A stretch of 50,064 nt of DNA from a virus (Duplodnaviria; Caudoviricetes). The stretch lies in the IMG/VR virus record IMGVR_UViG_3300044217_003764, positions 1 to 50,064 of that record; one strand, 5' to 3'. The position numbers and the translations under genes were made by a program. The notes under the pieces were generated by a model. That model saw only the letters and a list, made by a program, of their open reading frames with translations, ran no database searches and was not told the DNA's origin. Every line of letters begins with the position of its first letter. Within the stretch, counting starts at the first letter, position 1. Positions 19,335-28,644 of the stretch are shown piece after piece.

Positions 19335-19790
19335 ATGCCAACCCCCGCAGAACGTCGACACGACGAAATGATGGCAGCCATTGGCGCCCTTACAGGCGCG
19401 CTTGCCAAGGATGCGTCCGGCCCCACGATCACGCAGGACTCCCGGGTCTCGATCGCTATGGCCTCTGGCCTGGTTGTCGTCCTTCTTGGTGTCGCCAGCT
19501 TCCTGTTTCAGCTGCAGGGGCGCGTCGACTCCATCGAGAAGAACATGTTCACCCGCGAACAATCATCGGAGTTGACGGCGGAAATAAAGTCCCTGACCCG
19601 CGCGATCGCGGATCTGGAAGAGTTCACCGAGAAGCCCCGCTTCACAGAGCAAGATTTCGACACCCGTATTGTCCCGATCGAGCAGCGTCTGCGCCTGACA
19701 GAAAACGCTTTGGCAAGTCGAAGTGACTGGATGGACGAGATAGAGGACGCGATCGATCAACACGATGATCGTCTGAAAGACTTGGAATAG
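19335..19790 (+). CDS. Single-TM coiled-coil membrane protein
   Basis: TM segment IAMASGLVVVLLGVASFLF then heptad-rich C-terminus. Confidence 0.7.
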   Translation: MPTPAERRHDEMMAAIGALTGALAKDASGPTITQDSRVSIAMASGLVVVLLGVASFLFQLQGRVDSIEKNMFTREQSSELTAEIKSLTRAIADLEEFTEKPRFTEQDFDTRIVPIEQRLRLTENALASRSDWMDEIEDAIDQHDDRLKDLE

Positions 19791-19853
19791 TGCGTTCATG
19801 GGTGCGCCCGCACCTCCGACAATGCAGGCTCAGAAATAGAGCGAGCGCCCCGC

Positions 19854-22800
19854 ATGTCGATCCTGCCGATCATCACCGAAAGTAATTCGAAGCTCCATGA
19901 GGCCGTGTCTGGCACAGGCCCGTTCAGCTTCGATTTCATGTTTATGGAAACGGCGGATATCAGGATCTTCATCGATGATGTTGAGACCCTTGAATTCACC
20001 GTCTCAGGGAATGCGTCTGATGTCGGATACGATGGAGGGGTAATTTACCTGACCAACTCGGTCACGGCCGCGGATGTGAAGATCCAACGTCGCACCCGGC
20101 CGCTACGTGAAACATCTTTCGGTCCGGCCGGCGCGCCACCCTTGGGGATCGACACCGAATTTCACCGCATCGTAATGATGGTTCAAGACCAGACGGAGAG
20201 CGTGAGCAATCTGTCCGCCTTGATCAACGTGCTCCTGGCTGGCGGCGAGGTGGCTCGGTCGGTCTATGAGGTATCCACCTTTGCCAAGGCCAAGGCTATT
20301 GATGGCTCCGGACTGCTGGATGGCCAGACCGTGATGACGCAAGGCTTCCTGTCAGCAGGTGATGGTGGGCACTCCAAGTTCATCTTCGAGGCTGATGTGA
20401 CCGGCACAGGGAACGATCTCGACATCGTGGACCTGACGGACGGCAGCGGCCGGCTCGTGCGCCAATACGAAGACAACGGTGTCGACATGCGCGAGCTCGG
20501 CATCCAGGTCAATCAACGGACACTGGATTGGTCCCGATCCAATGCCCGGACGATCGAGGCATGGGTGGCGCTGGACAATGGCGTGCCGCTACGTGACGGG
20601 CGATCGAAAGATGGTGACATCATCTGGGTTGCCCCTCCGGCCGCGCTGACAAATGGCGCCACAGTTACCCAGACCGGCGCGATTGCTTTGCGTGACGGGG
20701 ACACGCTGACGATCAACGGTTCACGAACGGGCGCGAAGATCCGGCAATTTGACTTCCAATATTGCGCGCTGTTTGCGCTCTATCCCGGATCTGAGTTGAA
20801 CCTGAATCATTGCCGCGTTGACCAATGGAACATTGACCGGGGCAATGATCCTGAAACGAGCGCGAACTATACAACAGGTGTGACCGTCACAGACTCGGCC
20901 CTCAGCGGTACGGGCAGCGATTCCGCCACGGCAATCTATCTCGGTATCATTCAGGGATATGGCGGTACGTATCGCGGTTTCAATTGCGAATACACGAATG
21001 CGGTCTATGGCGACGTGGTGCCAGATGCCCGCTCTCGCGGCGCGATCATGTCTGACCTGTTCGGCTATCATCATGATACATATGTCAGCCTGCACTCGCT
21101 CGGAGACGTGGGCACAAGCTATCAGGCCGATGCGACCGTGAAGGCGTATGATCGCGTGGTGATGGACTATGCCAAGCATGAAGACATCCTGACAGAGACG
21201 TTCGACATCGGCGGCGGGATCATGGACCTGTCCATCTGCCACAATCGCGGGACGCGCTGCTATACAGCCACAGCAAACCCATCGCACAAGGAAGTCTTCG
21301 ACATCCAGGACGTGCGCAAATACACGATCAAGGACAATGACTTTGACCTTGCCGGCGATTGCGGAACGCTGATCCGTCTTAAAGGCGGCAAGAACAGCGG
21401 CGGCGTTATCTCTGGCAACAAGGCGCGCAATGGCCTGTCTGGAATGGTGCAGGCCGGAAGCTTTGCCGACAATGGATCTGGCAAGCTGCGGATCAATTTC
21501 CGCACTGCGCACGGCGCGACAACCGGGGAAACATGGGTGCTTATGGGCGCTCAGACCGTAGGCTTCTCAGTCGCGGGTTCGGTCACTGTGATCGACTCTG
21601 ACACGTTTGACATCACCAGCGTGAACTATACCGGCAACGAGAATGTGGGGCGAAGCGAGATCTATGCGGTAAAGGCCCCGACCGAATACGTCTCGAGCAA
21701 CACGTCAGACTATACGCTCGACACCGGCGTCGCCTTCACCGGCACCGAACTGCGCTGGAATGGAACGGCCGGCACGATCAAGGCCATTCAGGACGACAAC
21801 ACGGCGCTGGGCGGTCTCGACCTCGGAGATCTTGAATCGGTCTCTGCGCTCACGTCCCGTATCTATCTGATGACGGTCACCATTACCGACCGCACGGCCG
21901 GCACACTGACCATCACCACAGCGGCTTCCGGGGCCTATGGAGACTCTGACTACTCTTCGGATGCGCTCGGGGAAAACGGCACGTTTACATTCCTGATGTC
22001 ATCGACCGGGAATGACACGATCACTTATATCGGTGAAGACAGTTTCGATGGCCATATGGAAGTGACAGACTGCTCAATGATCGAGTGGCAGGGCGCAATG
22101 ATTGTCCACTCGAACAGCGAGAACGACATTATCAGCGACAATGAAGGCAGCTTCTTCTTCGATGGCCTGCACTCACTTGACCAGGGCAACAAGCGCGGCC
22201 GAGACAGCAGCATTCGTGGCAACCGTATTTCGGGCATTCTGAACGATGCGATCATTGCGACGCATCACACAAACTATGCTGACCTTGGCGAGATTTTTGA
22301 CCGTCGCCTGTCCTACGAGTTGAACCACTTCACGGACGTCTATCGCAACGCGATCAATCTTGGCGGCAGCGCTGGGACAACGATCTTCGGCGGCTCGTTC
22401 CAGATGATCGGTGACGGCGCCTGTCCGACCGTGTTCAACAATGGCTGCGAGGATGTGCTGTTGCAGGGCGTCCGGTTCCGCAATGGCGTCAGCTTGACAT
22501 TCGACCCGAACCTGACTGAAGAAACAATCGAGTTCAAGGACTGCCCCGGTTTCGTGAGTGACCTGGAAGGCGTGTATGACGACACGGTAAGCGGAACGTC
22601 AGCGACGGCCGTTATTGACCGCACTCCATGCACCTACGCGGCAGTGGATGCTGCTGAGGCAGAAAAGGTGTATCGGGCCTTCGCAACCATGATCGGATCA
22701 TTCACAGCTGGGGGCGTCAATCCGTTCGTTGTCAGGCAAAGCCTGTCCAACATTGCCGCCAACAATGACGTCCGGTTTCAGGTGTTCGATGAAGCCGGCG

Positions 22801-22874
22801 CGCCCGCCCTCTCAAAGCCAGCAACGTTCCGCTGGCACTTCATGGGACCGCGCAAGTTTCCGATTGCAGCCTAG
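19854..22874 (+). CDS. Tailspike / tail fibre with beta-helix region
   Basis: N-terminal T7 gp17-like anchor (GTGPFSFDF...IRIFIDD...IQRRT); GFLSAGDGG motif; repeated I..N beta-helix rungs. Confidence 0.8.
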   Translation: MSILPIITESNSKLHEAVSGTGPFSFDFMFMETADIRIFIDDVETLEFTVSGNASDVGYDGGVIYLTNSVTAADVKIQRRTRPLRETSFGPAGAPPLGIDTEFHRIVMMVQDQTESVSNLSALINVLLAGGEVARSVYEVSTFAKAKAIDGSGLLDGQTVMTQGFLSAGDGGHSKFIFEADVTGTGNDLDIVDLTDGSGRLVRQYEDNGVDMRELGIQVNQRTLDWSRSNARTIEAWVALDNGVPLRDGRSKDGDIIWVAPPAALTNGATVTQTGAIALRDGDTLTINGSRTGAKIRQFDFQYCALFALYPGSELNLNHCRVDQWNIDRGNDPETSANYTTGVTVTDSALSGTGSDSATAIYLGIIQGYGGTYRGFNCEYTNAVYGDVVPDARSRGAIMSDLFGYHHDTYVSLHSLGDVGTSYQADATVKAYDRVVMDYAKHEDILTETFDIGGGIMDLSICHNRGTRCYTATANPSHKEVFDIQDVRKYTIKDNDFDLAGDCGTLIRLKGGKNSGGVISGNKARNGLSGMVQAGSFADNGSGKLRINFRTAHGATTGETWVLMGAQTVGFSVAGSVTVIDSDTFDITSVNYTGNENVGRSEIYAVKAPTEYVSSNTSDYTLDTGVAFTGTELRWNGTAGTIKAIQDDNTALGGLDLGDLESVSALTSRIYLMTVTITDRTAGTLTITTAASGAYGDSDYSSDALGENGTFTFLMSSTGNDTITYIGEDSFDGHMEVTDCSMIEWQGAMIVHSNSENDIISDNEGSFFFDGLHSLDQGNKRGRDSSIRGNRISGILNDAIIATHHTNYADLGEIFDRRLSYELNHFTDVYRNAINLGGSAGTTIFGGSFQMIGDGACPTVFNNGCEDVLLQGVRFRNGVSLTFDPNLTEETIEFKDCPGFVSDLEGVYDDTVSGTSATAVIDRTPCTYAAVDAAEAEKVYRAFATMIGSFTAGGVNPFVVRQSLSNIAANNDVRFQVFDEAGAPALSKPATFRWHFMGPRKFPIAA

Positions 22875-23005
22875 TTGCAGCTGAACTGAACCACCGGGGA
22901 TGGATCTGCACAGGCGTCTGATGCAGCACCGGCTGGATTAGCCAGTGCGGCCGAGATGCCCCCAAGGGCAATTGCGATCAAGGCGATGATGGTTGTTTTC
23001 TTCAT
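22871..23005 (-). CDS. 44-aa secreted peptide (moron-like)
   Basis: GAGG SD; MKKTTIIALIAIALGGISAALA signal peptide; two Cys. Confidence 0.55.
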   Translation of the reverse strand: MKKTTIIALIAIALGGISAALANPAGAASDACADPSPVVQFSCN

Positions 23006-23100
23006 GGCTCGGTTCCTCTTAAGGGTGAATACAATAGATTTGTGGTCTGGGCTACAGGGGGTGTTGGGGGCCGGGGTCGTGAACATCCAGAAAACAAAGA

Positions 23101-23310
23101 GTCAGAATGCGGGTCAGAATGGGAGTCAGAATGCCCACTTGACTGCTGCCGCGATCCCCAATACCCACCGCAGCAGTGCCGGCTTAGCTCAGCTGGTAGA
23201 GCATCTGATTTGTAATCCCGCGACATCCCAATAAACACTGGCACATTCTGACTCTTTCAGGGTTTGTTCTCGTCTGGAAATACTACACCTTCGGGGTGGG
23301 AGTCAGAATG
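23101..23310. repeat. GTCAGAATG repeats, probable integrase arm-type sites
   Basis: Copies at 23101, 23113, 23125 (12-bp period), inverted at 23244 and direct at 23302, flanking the tRNA fragment. Confidence 0.7.
23178..23217 (+). other. attP core: 5' 40 nt of tRNA-Thr(UGU)
   Basis: GCCGGCTTAGCTCAGCTGGTAGAGCATCTGATTTGTAATC covers acceptor 5' strand, D arm and anticodon loop TGT, then tRNA similarity stops. Confidence 0.8.
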
Positions 23311-23634
23311 AACGGTCGTTTTGCCTTCCCCGACAATCCGTGTGGCGTACACCTCGACAGGCTGTTTTTGAATGACGCCCTTTACGGCCTGCTGTATCCT
23401 TTTCTTCACGGCCTGTCTTACGGAGAAAGGCGCCATCATCTCAGTTTTGCCAGAGGGTGCAGGACCAGGGGGTGAACGATCCTTGCTAATGACGTAGCCG
23501 GCTTTCTCTAGCGCCGTCACCGCGGCCTCAGCATCGGCCATGTACCCCTCCAGCACGGCAACTATCAGCTGCGCTTCCGGAAGGACCCCCCGACGGCTCA
23601 TTGATGCCTGGGCTATAATCTGAGCCGGGGTCAT
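23257..23634 (-). CDS. Hypothetical protein
   Basis: ATGA-coupled to the preceding gene. Confidence 0.55.
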   Translation of the reverse strand: MTPAQIIAQASMSRRGVLPEAQLIVAVLEGYMADAEAAVTALEKAGYVISKDRSPPGPAPSGKTEMMAPFSVRQAVKKRIQQAVKGVIQKQPVEVYATRIVGEGKTTVHSDSHPEGVVFPDENKP

Positions 23635-24029
23635 CCCTCTCTCCTGCGATCCTGGACCAGCATGGCTTTCTGTTCGACACGCATCAACGCCACGCGCTCG
23701 ATCTCTGCGATCAAATCGGTTGCCCGGAAAGCGAAGCCTGCGCCAATATCCGAAGCCACGGGACCGATCACGGTTTCGAGCGTTTTCTTGTCAGCCACCA
23801 CGACGTCTTCAGGAAGCAGCGTCAGGATAACCGGCATGTGTTCGACAAAGAGATCACGGACCGAATTGTCCAAAGGCATATGCATGCTGATATCATGTTC
23901 GGGCAGTGTCTCATTTCCGATCGGGTGCGCGACTGCGCACTGACGCAATAATTGCTCCAGCGCATAAAGAAAGCTCCGGAAATTATGAAGCTGCGCTTCC
24001 GCGGCTAGGTTGGTGGCTGTTGCGTTCAT
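23631..24029 (-). CDS. Hypothetical protein
   Basis: ATGA-coupled to the integrase stop; SD present. Confidence 0.6.
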   Translation of the reverse strand: MNATATNLAAEAQLHNFRSFLYALEQLLRQCAVAHPIGNETLPEHDISMHMPLDNSVRDLFVEHMPVILTLLPEDVVVADKKTLETVIGPVASDIGAGFAFRATDLIAEIERVALMRVEQKAMLVQDRRREG

Positions 24030-25207
24030 CCTTCTCTCCTGTGTGCGAGCCGCAGCTTCTGTGCTGAGGCGGATTTGCGGTCATTGGTGTGATCGTAGCG
24101 ATCGAGGGACGCGCGCTGCCGGTGGGCTGTGCGGGCTTGGATCAGCGAGGTCTCGGCGCCGCTCTCTCCAAGCTCGGTGATGCCACCATGCCGGAAGGAC
24201 TTCAGTGTGACCTCATCGGGCAGGCCAGCCTTGGCGCGGATGCGACGGCTGATCGTGGAACTGTTCTTGATGGGAAGCCATGAGCCCGGAATGATCTTCG
24301 TACCCTGGCGCTCTTCCCTCATACAGATCAGCGCGCCCTTCTGTGGCATCATGCGCAACAGATCCTCGAGCTCGGTAAACAATGGCGTCACCCGGCCTTC
24401 CTTCAGATCCTCGGGATCGTCCATTGGTTGCCAGCCGCCGGTGTCGCGCTTCTCGTGCCCGGCGAGGAAGTGATGGGGCTTGTGCTCCGGCCGGTAGCTC
24501 GACCACATGACAGAGCGGAACACCTCAGTCGGCCGGATGTGCATGTCCCAGCAGAGGCGCGCGGCGACGGCCATGCCGATTTCGCCCATTGCGATCGCGG
24601 CCGAGACGTAAGACTGCAGCTGGTCATAGGACGCTGCGAACGTTTCCTGCTCCTTGTGGGAGAGTTTCACATGTGACCACGGGTTGGTCTCCGGAACGGT
24701 TGCCTCGTTCAGACGGAAGCCCTCGGCCCACGCAGCGGAGAATATGGCCCGCGCCTTCTTGGCCGTGGAGCCGCCCCGGGTCTCCTTGATCTTGATGACG
24801 CAGTTCTGCGCTGCCTTCACCGTGACCTTTTCGAGATCCTGATGGATGAATGCCTTGCCGCCCTTCAGCTTCAATTCGCCGGCGATCCGGACATAGCGCG
24901 CCACCTCATCCTTGTATTTGTCAGAGGCGTCGACCAGGCCATACTTCTCGAACTCGGTCAGCAGCCAGCCGAACGTGCCCTTGGCATGGGAGACTTCATC
25001 GCGGTTGGCGCGGCGATCCTTCCGCCATTGATAGAGCGCTGCGTTGAGATCCTGAGCCTTGACCATCGCCTGCGCGAAGTCGGTGCCGAGCGCGGTGTAG
25101 GCCATAGGACACTTGTTCTTCGTGTCTCGGCTGGTTGGCTGCCATGACCACAGGGTTTCCCCGGACGCCAGCGGCTTGCCATATGTGTTTGGTTCCTTGT
25201 CTGCCAT
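24026..25207 (-). CDS. int: Tyrosine recombinase (integrase)
   Basis: HIRPTE (catalytic R), KSFRHG, RTAH...DRY motifs; start placed at ATG 25207 overlapping the xis stop. Confidence 0.88.
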   Translation of the reverse strand: MADKEPNTYGKPLASGETLWSWQPTSRDTKNKCPMAYTALGTDFAQAMVKAQDLNAALYQWRKDRRANRDEVSHAKGTFGWLLTEFEKYGLVDASDKYKDEVARYVRIAGELKLKGGKAFIHQDLEKVTVKAAQNCVIKIKETRGGSTAKKARAIFSAAWAEGFRLNEATVPETNPWSHVKLSHKEQETFAASYDQLQSYVSAAIAMGEIGMAVAARLCWDMHIRPTEVFRSVMWSSYRPEHKPHHFLAGHEKRDTGGWQPMDDPEDLKEGRVTPLFTELEDLLRMMPQKGALICMREERQGTKIIPGSWLPIKNSSTISRRIRAKAGLPDEVTLKSFRHGGITELGESGAETSLIQARTAHRQRASLDRYDHTNDRKSASAQKLRLAHRREG

Positions 25208-25464
25208 CACTCGAACTCTTCCTCTTCGTGTGCGCTGGCTTCCTCCTGTTGGAGCCTCGTCAGCGTTTCGTCCAATTCGGTCTTCAGCCATGCCTGGCGC
25301 TCCCCCGGCCGTTTGTGAGGCCGAGGGTATAACCCTTTTCTGACATGTTCCCGAAACGTGCTGGTGTCCGGCCGACCCTCATCATCAAGGATGCCGACAT
25401 ATGCCGCAGCCATAGGCGCCTGCAGGCGAGCAGGCCATCCGGGGAGAGAGAGGGTGCCAGTCAT
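25207..25464 (-). CDS. Excisionase-like HTH protein
   Basis: AAAYVG...GLYPRP...WLKTELD pattern directly upstream of int. Confidence 0.7.
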   Translation of the reverse strand: MTGTLSLPGWPARLQAPMAAAYVGILDDEGRPDTSTFREHVRKGLYPRPHKRPGERQAWLKTELDETLTRLQQEEASAHEEEEFE

Positions 25465-25469
25465 GTGAA

Positions 25470-25862
25470 TTACCCCCTCTTCGCCTTCTTGTAGTCAGTG
25501 GCCGCGTTGCGCAGGATCTCCACCACCTGGTCAGCGGCCTCGTGGCGCTCCATGTTCTCGTGGACGATGTAGACCCGGATGCTGCCGTCGATCTTCAGCC
25601 ATGCCCAATGAGACTGGTCTTGCACTTCGAGCTCTTCTGCTTCGGGCATGAATTCGTCAGAGAATTCGTCATCAAACTCGATGTTGCCGAGCGAGACATT
25701 CTCAATGAACTTGTCGATGTTCTGCTTACGGTAGGACTTGCCGCGATACCGGAACGTGCCCTGCCGAGACTCGGGCCACCAGTCGATGCGGTGTCCATTC
25801 AGCGTCCCGACGCGGTGCCCGTACTCACTATTTTCGGTGATGGTCCAGTCAAGCTGCTTCAC
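25470..25862 (-). CDS. Hypothetical protein
   Basis: Coupled ORF in the leftward early operon. Confidence 0.6.
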   Translation of the reverse strand: MKQLDWTITENSEYGHRVGTLNGHRIDWWPESRQGTFRYRGKSYRKQNIDKFIENVSLGNIEFDDEFSDEFMPEAEELEVQDQSHWAWLKIDGSIRVYIVHENMERHEAADQVVEILRNAATDYKKAKRG

Positions 25863-26128
25863 GCCTCGGGCCTCCCGTCATGCTGGACGCCATCCTTTGC
25901 CCCGATGAGGTGCGCATCCTGTGGCCACCCCCCGACCACGGTGACGCCTTCCGACACGAACTCGTGAAACCGGCCTTTAGTGTCGGTCAGCTCATAATAT
26001 GTTCCGGGGTTGAGCCTTCCTGTCCGGCGAACCACGCGGACAAATACCAAACGTTTGAGCGGATTCCGATCACTCGCGTGCGGGTTTTCAACGATGTCGC
26101 CAAAGTGTGGATGCTTGCGCTCAGCCAT
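25859..26128 (-). CDS. Hypothetical protein
   Basis: AGGAG SD; coupled ORF. Confidence 0.6.
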   Translation of the reverse strand: MAERKHPHFGDIVENPHASDRNPLKRLVFVRVVRRTGRLNPGTYYELTDTKGRFHEFVSEGVTVVGGWPQDAHLIGAKDGVQHDGRPEA

Positions 26129-26714
26129 CGGCCATCTCCTTCACCGCACCCACATTCGCGCGGATCGTCTCGAATTGAATTGCCACGACTCTCGGATCGT
26201 CCGCCCACGTCTCGCCGGGCTTGGTGTGCAGGCTGTCCCAAAGGTTGCTAAACGCCTCGACGGCCATGCTGGGGCCGACCCCCTTGTTAAGATTTACGCC
26301 CTCTTTTGAGGCATCGGCCTCACTGATGCGCCGGACCTGATCGAAGAATACGCGAGTGACGCGCAGGGTCAGGCGGGACGCTGCGCGGGGGAAGAACATG
26401 GCCGGCCGCATGAATGGCCCGCCATTGGCATCGGGGCGACGCTTCCATGCCGGCTTTACGTCATCGGTCGGCATATCGAACCAGGTGCGCGCTCCATCGG
26501 CCGCATAGTCGAGGCAGGTGTTTGTCACGCGGCCGGTCTCGCTGCTCGAATAGTGACTGCTCTGCTGAATCGTGAACGCCTCCCGCACATAGAGCAAATC
26601 CCCCACTTCGGTTTTTCCCAGCGGGCAAGGCGTTATGCGCCGGGTCTGAGACTTGCGGCCATCGAGCAGGGCGCGAACCATCGGGCCACTGAAGATTATG
26701 GGTCTAATCGTCAT
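26121..26714 (-). CDS. ASCH/PUA-like phage protein
   Basis: RPIIFSGPMVRALLDGRKSQTRR...GDLLYVRE motif. Confidence 0.7.
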   Translation of the reverse strand: MTIRPIIFSGPMVRALLDGRKSQTRRITPCPLGKTEVGDLLYVREAFTIQQSSHYSSSETGRVTNTCLDYAADGARTWFDMPTDDVKPAWKRRPDANGGPFMRPAMFFPRAASRLTLRVTRVFFDQVRRISEADASKEGVNLNKGVGPSMAVEAFSNLWDSLHTKPGETWADDPRVVAIQFETIRANVGAVKEMADG

Positions 26715-27091
26715 GGCTTTGCCCCTTTCGTGCCGAGCAAGTCCGCCGCGCGCTTAGTGTGTTTCTGCTTGATTGTTCCCATACCGTGCGACGGCTTTTC
26801 CGGGTCGGCATTCAGGTGCGGCGCGCCATCGGTTTGCAGCTTGTGCCACGCATCCGCCATCGGCTTCAGCGCCTCCCGCAACCTCTCATTCTCTTCCTGT
26901 AGATCGCGGATGGCGGGAAGTAATTCATCACCGCATTGGCTCATGAACGTGTCGGCCCTTTGGCCAAAGTCCAGTTTTCGTGAAACCCTCTCAGCTTTGG
27001 TTTTTGCGCTTCCCCACAAGTCATGACGCATTTTCAATATGCGAAATTCCCGCTCTATTTTCTCCCAATCCACTTTCACTTCATCAGCCAT
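26711..27091 (-). CDS. Hypothetical protein
   Basis: Start placed at MADEVKV. Confidence 0.55.
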   Translation of the reverse strand: MADEVKVDWEKIEREFRILKMRHDLWGSAKTKAERVSRKLDFGQRADTFMSQCGDELLPAIRDLQEENERLREALKPMADAWHKLQTDGAPHLNADPEKPSHGMGTIKQKHTKRAADLLGTKGAKP

Positions 27092-27317
27092 TGGTTTGGC
27101 CCTCTCCCGCAGCGAAATAAACACCCTCGACATTCGCAAACAGGTGCTCGGAATGAAGCTCCCCGTTTTTGAACACGCGCACCGTGTCGAGCCAATCCAT
27201 ATGCCCCAGGACGCGGCCCCACTCGACCGCGGTGACATCCATGAATCCGACTCGGTAATATTCCTGCGAGGTCTCGGTTGTCTTGACGCAAACAGCGTCC
27301 AGCTTTTCGGTTCTCAT
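27084..27317 (-). CDS. Hypothetical protein
   Basis: GGAG SD; overlaps next start. Confidence 0.6.
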   Translation of the reverse strand: MRTEKLDAVCVKTTETSQEYYRVGFMDVTAVEWGRVLGHMDWLDTVRVFKNGELHSEHLFANVEGVYFAAGEGQTNG

Positions 27318-27337
27318 TTCTCCGCACTCCTGGTGTT

Positions 27338-28636
27338 TCAGACTTCCTCATCCGCTGCCGGCGAATTGTTTGCGTCGGTGATGATCTCCTGCGCCCGGTC
27401 GGTGATCTTCGACGCCTTGTCGGCCAGCTTGTCGAAGGTGCCGCCGATGGACTTGCGCTCAGCCCTGGTCAGCGATTTGTACCAGACCGAAAACGACTCG
27501 GCCCAAGCCTCCGCGCCCTGTCCTGTTTCAATCAGCTTCGCTGGCGGCTGTTTCACGGTCGGTGACGTGGCTGCATCCTCGGCTTCCTCGACAGCCTTGG
27601 CGGCACTGCTCTGTCCAGAGGGGGCGGCTTTCTTCAGTTTCGCGCCGTTGGCATCCGTGGCCGGTGCATCGCCGAGCAGATCTGCCTGCGACTCCTCGAC
27701 TGCATCTTCAATGCCGTCCTCGATGTCTTCTACCGCGCGCTCTGCAAGCTCATTCAACTCGTCCTCGATATGGGAGACGGCCTCGTCATCCGCGGTCTCG
27801 CCGGGCTCGTCGCCATCGATCACCTCGCCCTCAATGGCCGTGGCCTGCTCCTGAAGACGAGACATCAGCGTCGGCTTTGCTGGCTCATGCTCGAGCGTGT
27901 GGAACTTCTCATTGTCCTGATCGAGCATCTTGCGGATCTCGGCCGACACCGGCGCAATCTTGGCGAGGCGCTTGATCGCCGACTTCTTCCACATTTCGTG
28001 CTCGAACGGACCATTCCAGGGGGTGTTCCTTCCCTTGCTGGATGCCTTGATCTTCGCCACGTCCGCCTTTGACAGAACCGCGACATAGAACCCGCCATCC
28101 TTCGTGTTCATGCTGGCATAGACGCCGACGGGCTCGCCCTTGTTCATGTCGAACGGATCGGGATCGTGGAAAAAGTCGACACCGTTCTGTGTGCGGCGGT
28201 AGTGGAACCGCTTTTCGCGGACCTCATTCTGGTAAACGAGTTCGACGCCGATTTCCTTTGCATCGCCTGCCTGCTGAATACGGTTCACGATCCCCCGCAC
28301 CATCGGCATGTATTGCGCGTGCTTCTCCCAGCGGTTGTCGCCAACCTTCTTGTTGAAGGACACAAGGGCAGCTTCGCGATTGTCCGGGATCAGGCCATCG
28401 CTGGCGCACTGCACGCTTGCCGTGAAGATTGACCGACGCCCGCCGGCCGTCAGGGCCACTTCGGCCAACTGATCGGAAGAGGCGACAGCCGTGCACACGA
28501 CCTGGGCGAAGCGCTCCTTGGTCACATGGGACGGCAGCACACTGGTCAGCTGGTCATCCATCGCCATGAGCCCGTCCTTCACAAGTTGGAGCGGCTTGGG
28601 CTGGGGCTTGTCGGTGGTCTGCAGTTCGTTGGACAT
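27338..28636 (-). CDS. recT: RecT-family single-strand annealing recombinase
   Basis: LPSHVTKERF, GLIPDNREAALV, PW...HEMWKKSAIKRLAK motifs; acidic tail. Confidence 0.88.
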   Translation of the reverse strand: MSNELQTTDKPQPKPLQLVKDGLMAMDDQLTSVLPSHVTKERFAQVVCTAVASSDQLAEVALTAGGRRSIFTASVQCASDGLIPDNREAALVSFNKKVGDNRWEKHAQYMPMVRGIVNRIQQAGDAKEIGVELVYQNEVREKRFHYRRTQNGVDFFHDPDPFDMNKGEPVGVYASMNTKDGGFYVAVLSKADVAKIKASSKGRNTPWNGPFEHEMWKKSAIKRLAKIAPVSAEIRKMLDQDNEKFHTLEHEPAKPTLMSRLQEQATAIEGEVIDGDEPGETADDEAVSHIEDELNELAERAVEDIEDGIEDAVEESQADLLGDAPATDANGAKLKKAAPSGQSSAAKAVEEAEDAATSPTVKQPPAKLIETGQGAEAWAESFSVWYKSLTRAERKSIGGTFDKLADKASKITDRAQEIITDANNSPAADEEV

Positions 28637-28644
28637 GATGTCTC

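Noticed and set aside
19854-23100. Diversity-generating retroelement, given the BPP-1-like virion genes
   Set aside because: No reverse transcriptase ORF and no TR/VR repeat pair seen.
23178-23217. Complete tRNA-Thr gene
   Set aside because: No T arm or 3' acceptor strand; better explained as attP.
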